A DNA stretch of 64,000 bases. Origin: Eledone cirrhosa. Lineage: Eukaryota. Positions 1 through 12,069 of this stretch are shown piece by piece. Position numbers and translations under genes: made by a program. Below the pieces are notes generated by a model. It saw only the letters and a program-made list of their open reading frames with translations. It was not told the DNA's origin and ran no database searches. Location: the NCBI GenBank assembly GCA_964016885.1, contig CAXHJY010001233.1, positions 69,122-133,121 on the forward strand, read 5' to 3'. Each line of letters opens with the position of its first letter. Position 1 is the first letter of the stretch.

Positions 1-19
1 CCATTGTATATATATAAAA

Positions 20-120
20 TATATATAAACCCGTAGAGTAAATATTTGTTATAAGAACAGATTAAAGTTTAAGCTGATTACACCCTTAACGGGATCTTCT
101 GAAACTAAAACCATTATTAT

Positions 121-173
<53 letters not shown>

Positions 174-500
174 AAATGTGAAGATAAATATATATCAAAT
201 ATATAAGAACCCTAGAGGAAATATCTTTTTTAGTTTCTGAAGATCCTGTTAAGGGTGAAAGCAGCGATTCTTTGCTTAAACTTTAATCTATTATATATAT
301 CTATATATATATATACATATCCTTCCCCGGCCCTAGTCTTTAAGAAACTTATCTCTAATATGAGTCAGCAGATTCTTTAATCTATTCTCATTAAGAAACC
401 CATTTGATACAGCCGTCCCATAAATCCGTTACCTAATAGCCCACTTACATGAACATCTTTAAAGTTAGCCACTCCCGTGCTCCTAACATAAAGATCTTTA
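20..500. mobile_element. Decayed Penelope-like element (inverted termini plus coding remnant)
   Basis: Inverted hammerhead-bearing copies flank (TA)n. 452-496 (+) translates NIFKVSHSRAPNIKI, resembling the 'IFN..TVKVSYSCMPNIK' segment of invertebrate Penelope-like ORFs. Confidence 0.45.
232..282 (+). ncRNA. Type I hammerhead ribozyme motif (Penelope-like terminus)
   Basis: AGTTT-CTGAAGA-(T CCT GTTAA GGG T)-GAAA-GCA..TGC-TT-AAACT. Stem I AGTTT/AAACT, both core boxes, stem II, stem III and a CUU cleavage triplet are present. A degenerate inverted copy lies at about 61-110. Confidence 0.65.
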
Positions 501-1141
501 CAACAACTGAACCTAAATTATAAGTAAATGGAGGATGTTGGAATATTTTGGACATAGTCAATAGGTTGGAAGGAATGATGGAGATGAGGGAGTTCTGAGT
601 CATAATAATAACCTGTAAGGGAAGGAAGAGCTAAGAAATAAATCACCACATAACATTATACCCCCCCCCCCACTACACTTCTTTATACCTCGTTACCAAT
701 ATTACCACTACCACTACACCCCACTCTGACTCAACCACCATCACATACCACTACACCTCACCCCACTACCTATATCACCACACCACCACCGCCACTATAA
801 GTACTATTCTCATCATCTGAGGGTATCTTAAAAATATGATTGATACACGAGTTTATAAATATATAATGAACATATGATACACAAAACATACATTGTGTAT
901 ATGTGTACATGTAACAGTGTGTGTGTATGTGTATCAGTGTGTGTGTATGTATAGTACGATTTATACAATTCTTGCCTTGACCTCAATATAAAGTAGAAAA
1001 AGAAGAAGTAGAAGAAGAAGAGTCAACATGTCTGACGGATGCAAAACGGAAACACAGCTAAATCATCAGGTGTATTTTGAGAAATGATGATTTTAGACGC
1101 ATTTTCGTCTTGAAACCGTTGGTACTACAGTGTTAAGTCAT

Positions 1142-1240
<99 letters not shown>

Positions 1241-2046
1241 AAAGGGGAAGGGAGAGAAGAGATTAACATAGAATCAGAACTGGGAGTGGAATAGAAATGG
1301 ACAGGGAGGAGGGGGGGGGAAGATTTCCGTCAATTTATTTGTTTATTCTGTTGCTAAGATTAAGGCGGCAATTATTCATTTTTACACATTATTGTTGTTT
1401 GTTTGGTTTTTAGTATTTTATTTTTCTTCGTTAATAATGTTATCTTCACCACCGTAGTAGAAGAAGAAGAAGAAGAAGAAGAAGAAGAAGAATGCTGAAG
1501 AAGAAGAATGCCGAATAACAAGAAGAAGAAAGATGCTGGGGAGGAAACAGAAGAGATTGAGATTAAGAGGTTGGGATGAGGGGGGGGGTGACAAATAGAT
1601 TGAATAGGAGAATGAGAAGAGTCGACTAATGGTGGTGGTGGTGGTGGGGGGGGGAAGTTGTAAGGCGGAGAAACAGGAGAGAGAGAGAGAGAGATCAGAG
1701 AGAGGGGGAAAGAGTTATGAAAAACAAACAACAGCAACAACAATAACGGCAACAACAACAACAACAACAATAACAATAACAACAACAGCAGTATATCAAA
1801 GTACGTAAAAAGAGGATTGAGTTAACGATTTGGCAATGGTGAGAAAGAAGGAAAAAATAAGAACATAATATAGCAAAGAAAGAAAGAGAGAAATATGAAA
1901 GAACGAATGAAAGCAAAAATGAATGAAAATTATGACCGAAGGAAATTCTTTTTCTCTTTCTTCAGATTTTTTTATTTGCTCTCTTTCGGTATTACGATCA
2001 TCATCATCATCATCATTACTATTATTATTATTATTATTATTATTAA

Positions 2047-2235
2047 GGCGGTGGATTGGCAGAATCGGTAGAGGTCGGACGCCATGCTTTGCAGCATAGA
2101 GTTATGGCCCTTTGCGATCTGAGTTCAAATCCCGCCGAGGTTAACTTTGCCTTTCAACCTTGCGGGGTCGATAAAATAAAGTACCAGTAATGTACTGGGG
2201 TAATTGCTGGCCTTGTGCCAAAAATAAAAACTATT
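2047..2235 (+). mobile_element. tRNA-derived SINE, family A (Meta/MESC-like central domain), full length
   Basis: A-box-like TGGCAGAATCGG, B-box GAGTTCAAATCC, central GCCTTTCA.CCTT.CGGGGTCGATAAAATAAAGTACCAG, tail GCTGGCCTTGTGCC..(ATT)n. Recurs many times in the window. Confidence 0.9.
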
Positions 2236-2774
2236 ATTATTATTAGCAGTAGTAGTAGTAGTAGTAGTATTTTGTTTATCTATTCTCTCTTTTGTTTTTG
2301 GCCTCCGATCATTCAATGGTTAGGCGCGCCAACCATGGCGGCTTTTGATTTCTTTGTTAGTTTGTTAGTTTGTTTGTTAGTTGTCATGTCTTCTTTGCAA
2401 GAAAGAAAAACGACATGTTGGTTGGCTGGTTGGTTGGTTAGACGTTCGTTGGAGAGGTTTAAAGACAAAACTAGGTCAAAGCTATCATCTTTTTTATCTG
2501 CCTTGCAGTAACAGACGACATCGTAGTTCACATGTCAATTCCACCTACTCAGCACCCTCTAGCCCTCCCCTATAACCACCACCATCACCACACACACACA
2601 CAAGCAAACATACAGACACACACGCAATGAACACGTACGAACACACACACATGTACACACACACGCTCTCTCTCTTTCTCTCTTCCACTGTCTGTCGTCG
2701 CCACTTTGCTTTCCCCCTTCTCGGCTTCTATTTCTTTTAATACGAAAGCAACGAGCCGGCATATTGCAGTGTTG

Positions 2775-2783
2775 CAGGTAAGT
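2775..2783 (+). other. Consensus 5' splice donor after unique, CpG-containing sequence (candidate non-coding exon end)
   Basis: CAG|GTAAGT, intron would start at 2778. No partner exon established. Confidence 0.3.
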
Positions 2784-3119
2784 ATGTAGTTACGATATCA
2801 AAGGGAGTTGTGCAACTTGCAGAAGACAGATAGACAGACAAGATTGATAGCGAAATAAACAAATAAAATAAACAAATAAAATATTTAAAAAAAACAACAT
2901 AAAGTAAACAAACAAACAAGTTATTATTTGTCATATAAACACGAGTCCTCGAATTTTAGAATTTGATGGGTTAGGTTGGTGGTGAGGTCAACAGTCGACC
3001 TTGACACTTGTAAGTTTTTTATATCAATCTCGGGAGAGTGAACGATGAAAGTTAAACGCCTTCAGATCGTAAATAACACACAACTACGTTCTATTAAATC
3101 CATTAATCTTCTTTAATGG

Positions 3120-3430
3120 AATGGATCTCCGTCGGTTCCAATGATGAGTGTTTCAGTTGATCAATCGATCAACGATATCCACGCCTGCTCGTGAAAATTA
3201 ACGGGCATGTGGTTAAGCCTTTCCACAGACACGTGTACCATTAACGTAATTCTCAGGGAGATTCAGCAATAATGTTTGATAAGGTTGCCCACCTTTCATC
3301 CTTTCGAGGTCGATTAAAAGATATGTACCAGTCCAATACTTGAGTCGATTTCCCCGCTATATCTCTTTCTCACTTCCTCTCTGTCTATCACTTTCTCCCC
3401 TTCTCTAGAAGAAATCGGTTTTCTTCAGGC
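3120..3430. mobile_element. Chimeric SINE fragments (family B 3' part on minus, family A core on plus)
   Basis: Similar to 22246-22410, followed by the CCTTTCATCCTTTCGAGGTCGAT domain. Confidence 0.65.
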
Positions 3431-4346
3431 CTGCAGAGGTTTGAATGCGTCCCACCAGGTTTTAAATGCCCAAGACAGACTACATCAGCGAAGACAAACA
3501 AACAAAAGCATCTAAAAACCCTCGTCAGCCGCCATACAACAAACAGATCATTGCGATTTCGAACACTCAGTGCGATGCTTATTTATGAGGTGAGGTCTTT
3601 CTTGGTATATTTTCGGTTAGTCGTTATATTCATGATCTACTGTTTTCTATGCGTCTTTCTCAACAACAACAGCAACAACAGCAACAACGACAACAACGAC
3701 AACAACGATTGTTTCTTACATTGGCGTAAGACCACAAAAATGAGTAACACAGTGTGTTTAATTTAATTGTTGTGCAGAAATAGAAAGCCAAGTCTACCTT
3801 GGTGAGATGTGAACTCAGAATGTGAGGTGACGTAATTAAAATAATGAAACACTGCAAATTAATTTTATCCCCCATTTTCGAGGTCCAACAGCCTCCCCAC
3901 CAGCGCCATTTTTGCTATTCATCAACGACAAATTTACGTTCAAAGTATTGATGATGATGATGATTAAAAACAAAAACACAAACAATCAAGTGAACAAAAT
4001 AATAATAATAAAACAAAAATACAAATTCAATTGCTATTAATGTTAGATGTCAGTTTTTAACCCAATAATTTCAATCAGTTATTGTTGTCAGATCGATACA
4101 CTGTCAATTAAGTCTAATGCCAATTTCAACGAACATCGATAAAGTTATCCACATGAAAACTCACAACACTGGAATGTCAATTAATTATTTCAATTACAGA
4201 CAACTGTAGTACTAAATATATTTTCTAGTACAAACTGAAATATCATACTTAGCAAAAATTAAAGAATATAGACTGTAAACACGTTATATGCGTGTGTGTA
4301 TGTGTGAGTGACTGTGTGAGTCTATATGTGTATGTATATATATTAG

Positions 4347-4560
4347 TGAAGGCGTGTGGCTGAGTGGTAAGAGAATAGGATTCGCAATCTTGAGGTTGTG
4401 ATTTCGAATCCCGGACTGGGTGATGCGTTATGTCCTTGAGCAAGACACTTTATTTCACGTTGCTGCTTCTACCTGGAGTGGCGACCGATAGATAGTATTA
4501 GCAATTGGAAAGACTAATGGAAACATTGTTTCCTCGGTCCGATTTGACGAAAGTCGATCG
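4347..4560 (+). mobile_element. tRNA-derived CORE-like SINE, family B variant
   Basis: GAAGGCGTGTGGCTGAGTGG head, TTCGAATCC B-box, TGTCCTTGAGCAAGACACTTTATTTCAC CORE-like block. The 3' part is repeated at 31050-31197. Confidence 0.85.
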
Positions 4561-4611
4561 AATGACGATACGTACGCCTGTATGTATATGTGTCTGTGTA
4601 TCTCTATGTCA

Positions 4612-4644
<33 letters not shown>

Positions 4645-4701
4645 CGGATCTAGCTGTGGAAACGGCCGGAGCTCAGCCGTCGGGGTCCTGACTATTATCC
4701 T
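4645..4701 (+). mobile_element. 3' half of a hammerhead-type element (7642 family), 5'-truncated
   Basis: GGATCTAGCTGTG-GAAA-CGGC..GCCG-TC-GGGGTCCTGAC directly after (TA)n. Confidence 0.65.
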
Positions 4702-4759
4702 ACGTACGTCTGCGTGTATATGTCTGTGTATGCATGAGTATGTGTGTGTGTCAGTGAGT

Positions 4760-4790
<31 letters not shown>

Positions 4791-5403
4791 CACGTATGTC
4801 TGTATTTGTGTCAGTGTGAGTATGTGTCAGTGTGAGTATGTGTCAGTGTGAGTATGTGTCAGTGTGAGTTTGTGTCAGTGTGAGTATGTGTCAGTGAGTT
4901 TATGCGTATCTGTGTGTGTGTATATATATGTATATAAGCCAGTGAGTGTGGTCGTGTTCACGAGATCACAGTCTTCCCTGTGAAACAAACAGGTTTATAC
5001 GACCACCTAAGTCTCAGTAAAAACAACTAATATAAAACATTATATATTATATCGTATTTAAAGTTTATTTCCAACTGAATTGTAAAAAAGCTGCAACGTT
5101 TCTCTTGGCAATTCATTCGTTAACGTCTGACTTAAGCCAGTTTAAAGACAGGCTTTTTAATCTTATATAAAACAGAAATTGTTGTTATTTCATACAATAG
5201 AGCGATGAATTATAAAGTCGTTAGAACTTGATCTCTCTGAGTTCAAATCCCAGCGAACTCACCCTTACCGTTTATCTTTTCGGGGGTTAATAAAAAAAAA
5301 AGTACTAGTCAAATACTGAGGTCGATTCTTCCTCTAAATCTCTTTCTCGCTTCATCTCTATTATTGGAAGGAATCGGTTGTGTTTAGAGCGTACATACAT
5401 ACA

Positions 5404-5610
5404 TGATGATGGCTGCCCCCTCGTTATCGAGTATGGCCATTGCACGATATACCATTATTAATAATTAATTAATCCTATTTTGCAATGCCTGTGCGTGAAG
5501 ATATTTTTTTAAGTGAGGAAAGACTGTGCACTGAGCCAATCCCACTCTCTGAGCGACAGTAGCTATAACCCGAAAAGAAGAAAAGATCAACATCATCGGT
5601 AACTACTGAG
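5404..5610 (-). mobile_element. Short RTE-derived non-autonomous element
   Basis: RTE/BovB-like 3' end (minus: ATGGCCATACTCGATAACGAGGGGGCAGCCATCATC). 5482-5600 aligns by eye with 11207-11325. Confidence 0.65.
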
Positions 5611-6097
5611 GTGCAATTTTTATATCAGAGTACATACATACATACATACATACATACATACATACATACATACAGTAATAATAACAACTAGGGTTTGATT
5701 TAGGCACAAAGCCAACAATTTGGGCGAGGGAAAGTCGATTAGATCAACACCAGTGCATTACTGGTACTTTATTTTATCGACCCCATCTGATCAGAAATAA
5801 TAAATTTAAACGTAGTTTTTGGAAGAGTGACATTCCAATAAATAACTACACTCCTCCAGTCCATATTGTGGTTTATATATGGAAAAAGGTCACTGATACA
5901 CTCCCCAGGTTTCTGTCTCGCTTGCTTCTTACGTTAGTCGTTGGCTATAGAAATCTTTATAGCTTGCAATTACGCAGTAGAGCAGCTATATATATATATA
6001 TATATACACGTTTATATTTACATTTCATTTATTTCACAAATTAAGGAAACGAAAGTGAATAAATATAACCTATTGTGTGTGTGTGTGTGTGTGTGTG

Positions 6098-6156
<59 letters not shown>

Positions 6157-6339
6157 ATGTGTGTTTTATAAGCTAAAATGATTTTTCCACGATATGTTTC
6201 AGTTTCAATAGCCAGTCTCACATAAACTCACTTGCCAAACAAGTACAACTGCGAAATTTCGTAAGCAATTATATAGTTTTGCTGAATAAACTGTTGTTGC
6301 TGTTGTTGTTGGAGGGCAGTGGGCCCGTTGTAACCGGTA

Positions 6340-6790
6340 CAGCGTCAGTTAACATATTTTGCGGCATAGAGTTACGTCTCTTTACGTTCTGAGTTCAAAT
6401 CCCGCCGAGGTTAACTTTGCTTTTCATCTTTACAGGGTCGATAAAATAAAGTACCAGTAATGTACTGAGGTCGATTTAATCGACTTCCCTCCCCTTTCTC
6501 CCAAATTGCTGGCCTTGTGCCTAAATCAGAAACCATTATTATTATTATTATTATTATTATTAGTGCTGGGAGTAATCGGTAGAGCGTCGGTCTACATGCT
6601 TTGTGGCATAGAGTTATGGCTCTTTACGTTCTGAGTTCAAATCCTGCCTAGGTTAGCTTTGCCTTTCATCCTTACGGTGGATCAATAAAATAAAGTACCA
6701 GTAATACCCCGGGGTCGATTTAATCGACTTACCACCTTCCCAAAAAAACTTTGCTGGCCTTGTGCCTAAACCAGAAACCATTATTATTTT
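6340..6790 (+). mobile_element. Two tandem family A SINEs
   Basis: B-box, central domain and (ATT)n tail each occur twice. Confidence 0.9.
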
Positions 6791-7491
6791 TATTAGTGTT
6801 GTTGTTCTTATTGTTTTACAATGAACATTTTCATGGGAATATCTATAGAGACCATTATTTCATTGCGACGGAGTCGCCATTTACAGACTTTGCTTAACAA
6901 CCGACCGAACATAAAAGAAAACAAATAATAAAAGAAAACAAATAATAAAAGAAAACATAATAAAAAAAAAACAAATACATAAATAAATAAATCGATAAAG
7001 TATTTGAGAGAATTGTGTTTTGGATATCAGTGAAGAATTTCTAAGACTGACATAAAATAATGATTTGCTTCAACTCAACCGTTGCCAGTCATTACGAAGT
7101 ATGTGGTAAAGGAGAAAACTAATTATCTATCTACCTACCTACACATAAAACTAATGTTGTTAACGCTCGAATGAACAACGTTAAAACCTAAACTTTTAAG
7201 TCTAAATAACTGGGTGGTGGTAGGGTAATCTTACTAGTGCAGCTGTTGTATAATAGCAATGTCCTACTTGCATGATTAGTTCACGGCTTTGTAAAAATTG
7301 TTTCTTAAAATAGGTTGGTGCTCTTAGCCGAAATACCAAATACCAACCAACCAACCTACAAGAAAGACAGGAAGACAAACGAAAGCGGAAACATCGGAAA
7401 CGAGATCTGATGAAAATCTGTAAGCAACACTGTTATATACAAAGAGAAATATATATATATATTAATATATTACCCCTGATTGAACTCGGCA

Positions 7492-7574
<83 letters not shown>

Positions 7575-7575
<1 letters not shown>

Positions 7576-7730
7576 AAACAAAATGTGGTAAGCAACCAGG
7601 TGGACCATAACGCACCAGAGTATTCGAGTAGGTAATAGGAAAAGAGTCAGGACCCCGACGGCTGAACTCCGGCCGTTTCGACCTAGCTGTCGAAACGGCC
7701 GGAGCTCAGCCGTCGGGGTCCTGACTCTTC
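7575..7730. mobile_element. Fold-back element in (TA)n carrying two inverted 3' hammerhead halves
   Basis: 41-bp arms 7642-7682 / 7689-7729 with one mismatch. Leader GTGGTAAG.AACCAGGTGGACCATAAC.CACCAGAGTA is shared with 54345-54385. Confidence 0.75.
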
Positions 7731-8502
7731 ATATATATATATATATTACCCCCGATTGAACCCGGGACTCTTATATATATATATATATATACATATATTA
7801 TATATATATATAAAGGGTGTGGTGGTTTGGTATTAAAAGATTACACTATTTCCGTCGTAGTCGTAGTTGTTATCGCCGTCATCATCATCGCTGTCATCAC
7901 TGATGTTGTTGTTGTTGTTGTCAGACGTAATTAGCCAACGACTTCAACATAACAACCACTTCTCTGGTTCCTTCTTTTAAGAGTAAATCAACTTGACAAT
8001 GGGATCGCCACTTCACAAGAAATTTCAAAGATTTCACAGCCTTATCAATGTTCACCACGTACAAACACTGTGTGAAAGTGGATAAAACAAAACAACACAA
8101 AAAAAAAAAAAAAACAACACAGAAAAAAAAAACAAAAAAAAATGAACGTTGAAAAAGAAGTTTCCTTCCCGCTTTTTGACGTCATTTTTCCTGTCAACAT
8201 TTCTATATAAACCGAATGACATGAAAAGCATGTCAACTCATTTCTCCAACAAACATTATCTTTTTTCCCTTTTAACAAAGGTTACAGAGAAAACATTGCT
8301 GGTATGCACGCACAAAGAAACACTTCAACCCCCCCCCCCCCCCCCGGGCACACACACACACACACTTTAATGGACCCTAGAGTAAAGCTACCTTTGCGTG
8401 TGTAAATTAAATCCACCAGGAAATTCCAAATAAATGTGTTTCTTTTTTATAATAAAATCTCTTTATTGACACAACAACAACAATAATAATAATAATAATA
8501 AT

Positions 8503-8708
8503 AATGATTTCATTTATTGGCCACAAGGGCCGACATATAGGGGACAATACAAAAGACTGGGACAGTGGGGTTTTACAGAAAAATCGAGTAAACAATATGA
8601 ATAAACAAAGTAACAATAACAAAGTAACAATAAAGTAACAAGAAAATTACAACAAGAAAACATTCCCCAATAGGGGGGATGACCACCTAGGGTTCGCTCA
8701 GGTACCCC
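8503..8708 (-). mobile_element. LINE 3' end (probably L1/Tx1-like)
   Basis: Minus strand ends ...CCCTTGTGGCCAATAAATGAAAT plus (ATT)n. A close second copy lies at 52060-52175. Clade assignment is inferred. Confidence 0.6.
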
Positions 8709-8729
8709 AAAATAATAATAATAATAACA

Positions 8730-9150
8730 ATGCCACCAAATGACACGAGTGTTGCGAGTAAAGAGGTTGAAAAGAAAATCACCAAGTAACCCAAATTGAA
8801 AGTGGAAATGGCAAGACTGTTTGGAATGCAGGAGCGTAATGTGAAAGTGATACCAGTTGTGATCAGGAGGGCATTAAGGTCAATACCATTGAAACTCCGA
8901 GAAGGCGCATGGCTTAGTGGTTAGAGCATTGGGCTTGGGGAGGCCAGCTAAACCTGCATAGGTGTGAGTGAGCTGTCACACACAAACACACACACACAAA
9001 AACTCCGATGCTTTTTATAACGGCTGGGAATACCATGCAAGATTGGTGTCATACAAAAACAAAAGACATAACAACCTTGCTAGAAATTGCGCACATTTTA
9101 AAGAAAGTATTATCTTATTGAGGTCCTTGTGGCGACTTGACAGATAACTA
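8730..9150 (+). mobile_element. RLE-type non-LTR retrotransposon (R4/Dong-like) C-terminal fragment
   Basis: Translates with frameshifts as PNDTSVASKEVEK..K*PKLKVEMARLFGMQERNVKVIPVVI..AL.SIP..IQK..LLEIAHILKKVL, matching the restriction-like endonuclease tail of R4/Dong-group elements. Confidence 0.8.
8901..8999 (+). mobile_element. Very short SINE (family B head plus CA tail) nested in the LINE
   Basis: GAAGGCGCATGGCTTAGTGGTTAG head. 9-bp TSD AAACTCCGA at 8892-8900 and 9000-9008. Confidence 0.85.
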
Positions 9151-9589
9151 GATACCCCGGTGCATTTCAATCTACGCTGCACGACAAAAGGAATATAATC
9201 AGTCCAACCTCAGGCGGGTCTTTGGAGAATCTCTTCTTAAATTTAGTGTTCATCGTATTTATAAGCCATTAGAATTAAAGGTCTCATTAAATTTGCAAAA
9301 CAGATTTGCATAAATAACGCATTGCTGGCAGCTAATTTAATTATCTAATTATTAACACGTGTGTTGGTGTTGCAATGTACTTTAGAGTAGATCTGCTTTT
9401 AGCAGACAGCGTATTTTTATTAAGTATTGACAAAAATATACATACGTACGCATGCGCACGAAAACACATACACACATATATATATATACATATATAAACA
9501 AACACACACATGAAAACAAGCCCCCCCCCCACACACACACACACACATAGCCAATGACAAATTTATACACGTTTACAAATAATGAAATA

Positions 9590-9775
9590 ATTGTTTCTAC
9601 TTTTGGCACAAGGCCAGCAATTATCCCAGTGCATTACTGGTACTTTAGTTTATCGACCCCGTAAGGATGAAAGGCAAAGTTAACCTCGGCGGGATTTGAA
9701 CTCAGACCGTAAAGGGCCGTAACTATGCTGCAAAGCATGGCGTCCGACCCTCTACCGATACTGCCAACCCACCAC
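9590..9775 (-). mobile_element. Family A SINE
   Basis: Reverse complement of the 2047-2235 pattern. Confidence 0.9.
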
Positions 9776-10409
9776 CCTTCACAAATAATGAAATAATGAT
9801 TACAAACATTTCTTCTCGATGATTCTTGTAGCATATAAGCTGAGTTTTTTTAATTTTTATTTTAGGACTCAACCCTTCTCTATTTCTGGGGACCCTTACG
9901 AGGTTTCGGTTATATGGAATAACAAGGAAGGATAGAACTGAGAAAAGAAGATGGAAATAAAAACAGAAAATAAGAGGGGGGGGCGAGTATTAGAGAGATA
10001 ACGAGATAATTAGAGAGAAAAAAAGAAAAAGAGAGAGGGAGAAAGAGAAAGAAAGAGTGAGAGAGCAGTATATACCACATCAAATAATACAATGTGTGTA
10101 TATATATATATATATAACTCTGTTGGTGAAAAGATATTTCACACAACTTTGTTATGAAAGAATAGAATTTGTTTTGTAAACCTAAATTCTGACAGTATAG
10201 ATAAGTGTGACGAATTCATTTGGAAAAGTTTATCTCACACATGAAAATCCTGTTTGTAAACTGATTAATGCTAACTAACCTGCCATAACCTTAACAGAGA
10301 TCTCTAATGCTTGCATGTATTTCGGCGATTTCGGACCGTGCGAAAATGGTTAAACACTTGGACGAGATGGCCTGTTTTACGTACAATCGGAATCATTCAT
10401 TGGTCTAGA

Positions 10410-10745
10410 TCAGAATGGAATGGATCTCGGTCAGTTTCTACGTTGATTCTACCAGTTGTTCGATCAATGGAAACGGCTGCTAGCCATCTACAGACACGTG
10501 TATCCTCAACGTAATTCTCAGGGAGATCCAGCGTCATGCAATGTGTGACCAGACTGACAATTTGAAATACAGGTACAGTCCAACCGACGGGCTTCCAAGC
10601 AGTTTCCGTCCTCCAAATTTCATTAACAAGGACAAGGCACGTCTTGACCCGATGCAATGAGGTACATACAACTCTGCTCAAGAGGCCACCCAAAGGGAAT
10701 CGAACCCGGGACCATCATTGTTAAGCTGCCGTAGTCATTGATTCT
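10410..10745 (-). mobile_element. Diverged SINE (family B 3' part plus a different core)
   Basis: Shares its 3' part with 22246-22420. Core ACGGGCTTC..CAGTTTCC.TC..CCAAAT also occurs at 43515-43680. Reverse B-box GGGAATCGAACCC. Confidence 0.65.
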
Positions 10746-10995
10746 TTCACCGGCAACCGCATCTCGGAGGCTGAGATCCTTCTGTGAGAACGCGGGGTCA
10801 AGGACCGAGAATAACAAATGACGGAAGCACCGGTCGTTGCTATATATATATATATATATATACATACACATACACACACACATATATATGGGATAACAAA
10901 ATATCGTTATAGGTAATCCAGTTAGAGGTTGTGAGTACTCCGCGTCGTGGATAGTTTTAACGTACGGCTTTGTTATATATATATATATATATATA

Positions 10996-11614
10996 TGGTG
11001 GCTGCCAACTCGTTTTCGAGTACGGCCACTACTTTATATCCATGTAGGAGAACCCCTACCGATGCGCTGAACGAGTGTGACTTTTTAGTCCAGCCAGCGA
11101 TTTGAAAACTCTGGTACAAACACTACACTTGTGACAATTATTGACATATAGTGCTGGGCCCATGGTACCATGTGATGACAAGTGAAGAGAGATCTCCAGA
11201 TATGAAGCAATGCCTGTGCCGTGAAGCTTTTATAGTGAGCAAAGGCACTGCACAAAGCCAGTCCCACTCTCTTAACCAAGATGATATTTACCAAAAAGAA
11301 GAACAAGTCAACATCATTGGATAACATCATTGGATACCATCAGGGTTGCAGGTGTTATATCAGAGTTTTCCTTCTCCCAGAATTCTGCCTTGACAAAGGC
11401 TAAGGGGTCATCTCTCCCTGTGATTTTGGATGGCCATTGACTCTTAAGAGCTCCTTTGCCCTTTGACAGGGTTTGTTTTTAGTCCTGCAGGATGTCCAAA
11501 GTCACCCTCCTCACCAAGAAACCTTGGTGGGGTTGCCAGTTTAGTCGCCAACGACCCGACCATGAGACAGATCGTACTGGGATACATGTTACCAGTAGCA
11601 CCAACTGGTAACCT

Positions 11615-11617
<3 letters not shown>
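10996..11617 (-). mobile_element. Internally deleted RTE (BovB-like) element: 5' UTR fused to ORF C-terminus and 3' end
   Basis: Minus strand has RTE 5'-UTR-like motifs (GGCGACTAAA; GGAGAAGGAAAACTCTGAT), a terminal C2H2 finger CSVCTRVFKSLAGLKSHTRSAHR* (11127-11056), and the 3' end GGCCGTACTCGAAAACGAGTTGGCAGCCACC. Flanked by (TA)n on both sides. Confidence 0.75.
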
Positions 11618-11660
<43 letters not shown>

Positions 11661-11742
11661 ATCAAAAGATGGTTAAAAGAGTTCCATGTATTTTATTATG
11701 CGCATTGCTTTATTGTACTACAATAAAACTCACCTCCTACAT

Positions 11743-11774
<32 letters not shown>

Positions 11775-12069
11775 CACACACACATATATACACACACACA
11801 TATATATATATATACGCACACACACACACATATATATATATACGCACACACACACACACATATATATATATATACACACACACATGTATATATATACACA
11901 CACACACAAGGTTCTGTCCTCTGTATCTCAAATAAATTTGGGAGAAGTATAGAAGTGTCGGTGGTGGCAGTGTTGTTGTTGTTGCTGTTATTTATAGCTG
12001 GTGTCGAATAAACGTGGGATCAAAGACGTTCCTATATCTCTAGGGCTACGGACGACATTGATGTAAATA

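Noticed and set aside
28-50. miR-100-like AACCCGTAGA, and let-7-like AGTAGGTTGTA near 40227
   Set aside because: Only 10-11 nt match and no precursor hairpin.
2047-2140. tRNA genes at SINE heads
   Set aside because: No cloverleaf; the heads continue into SINE core and tail.
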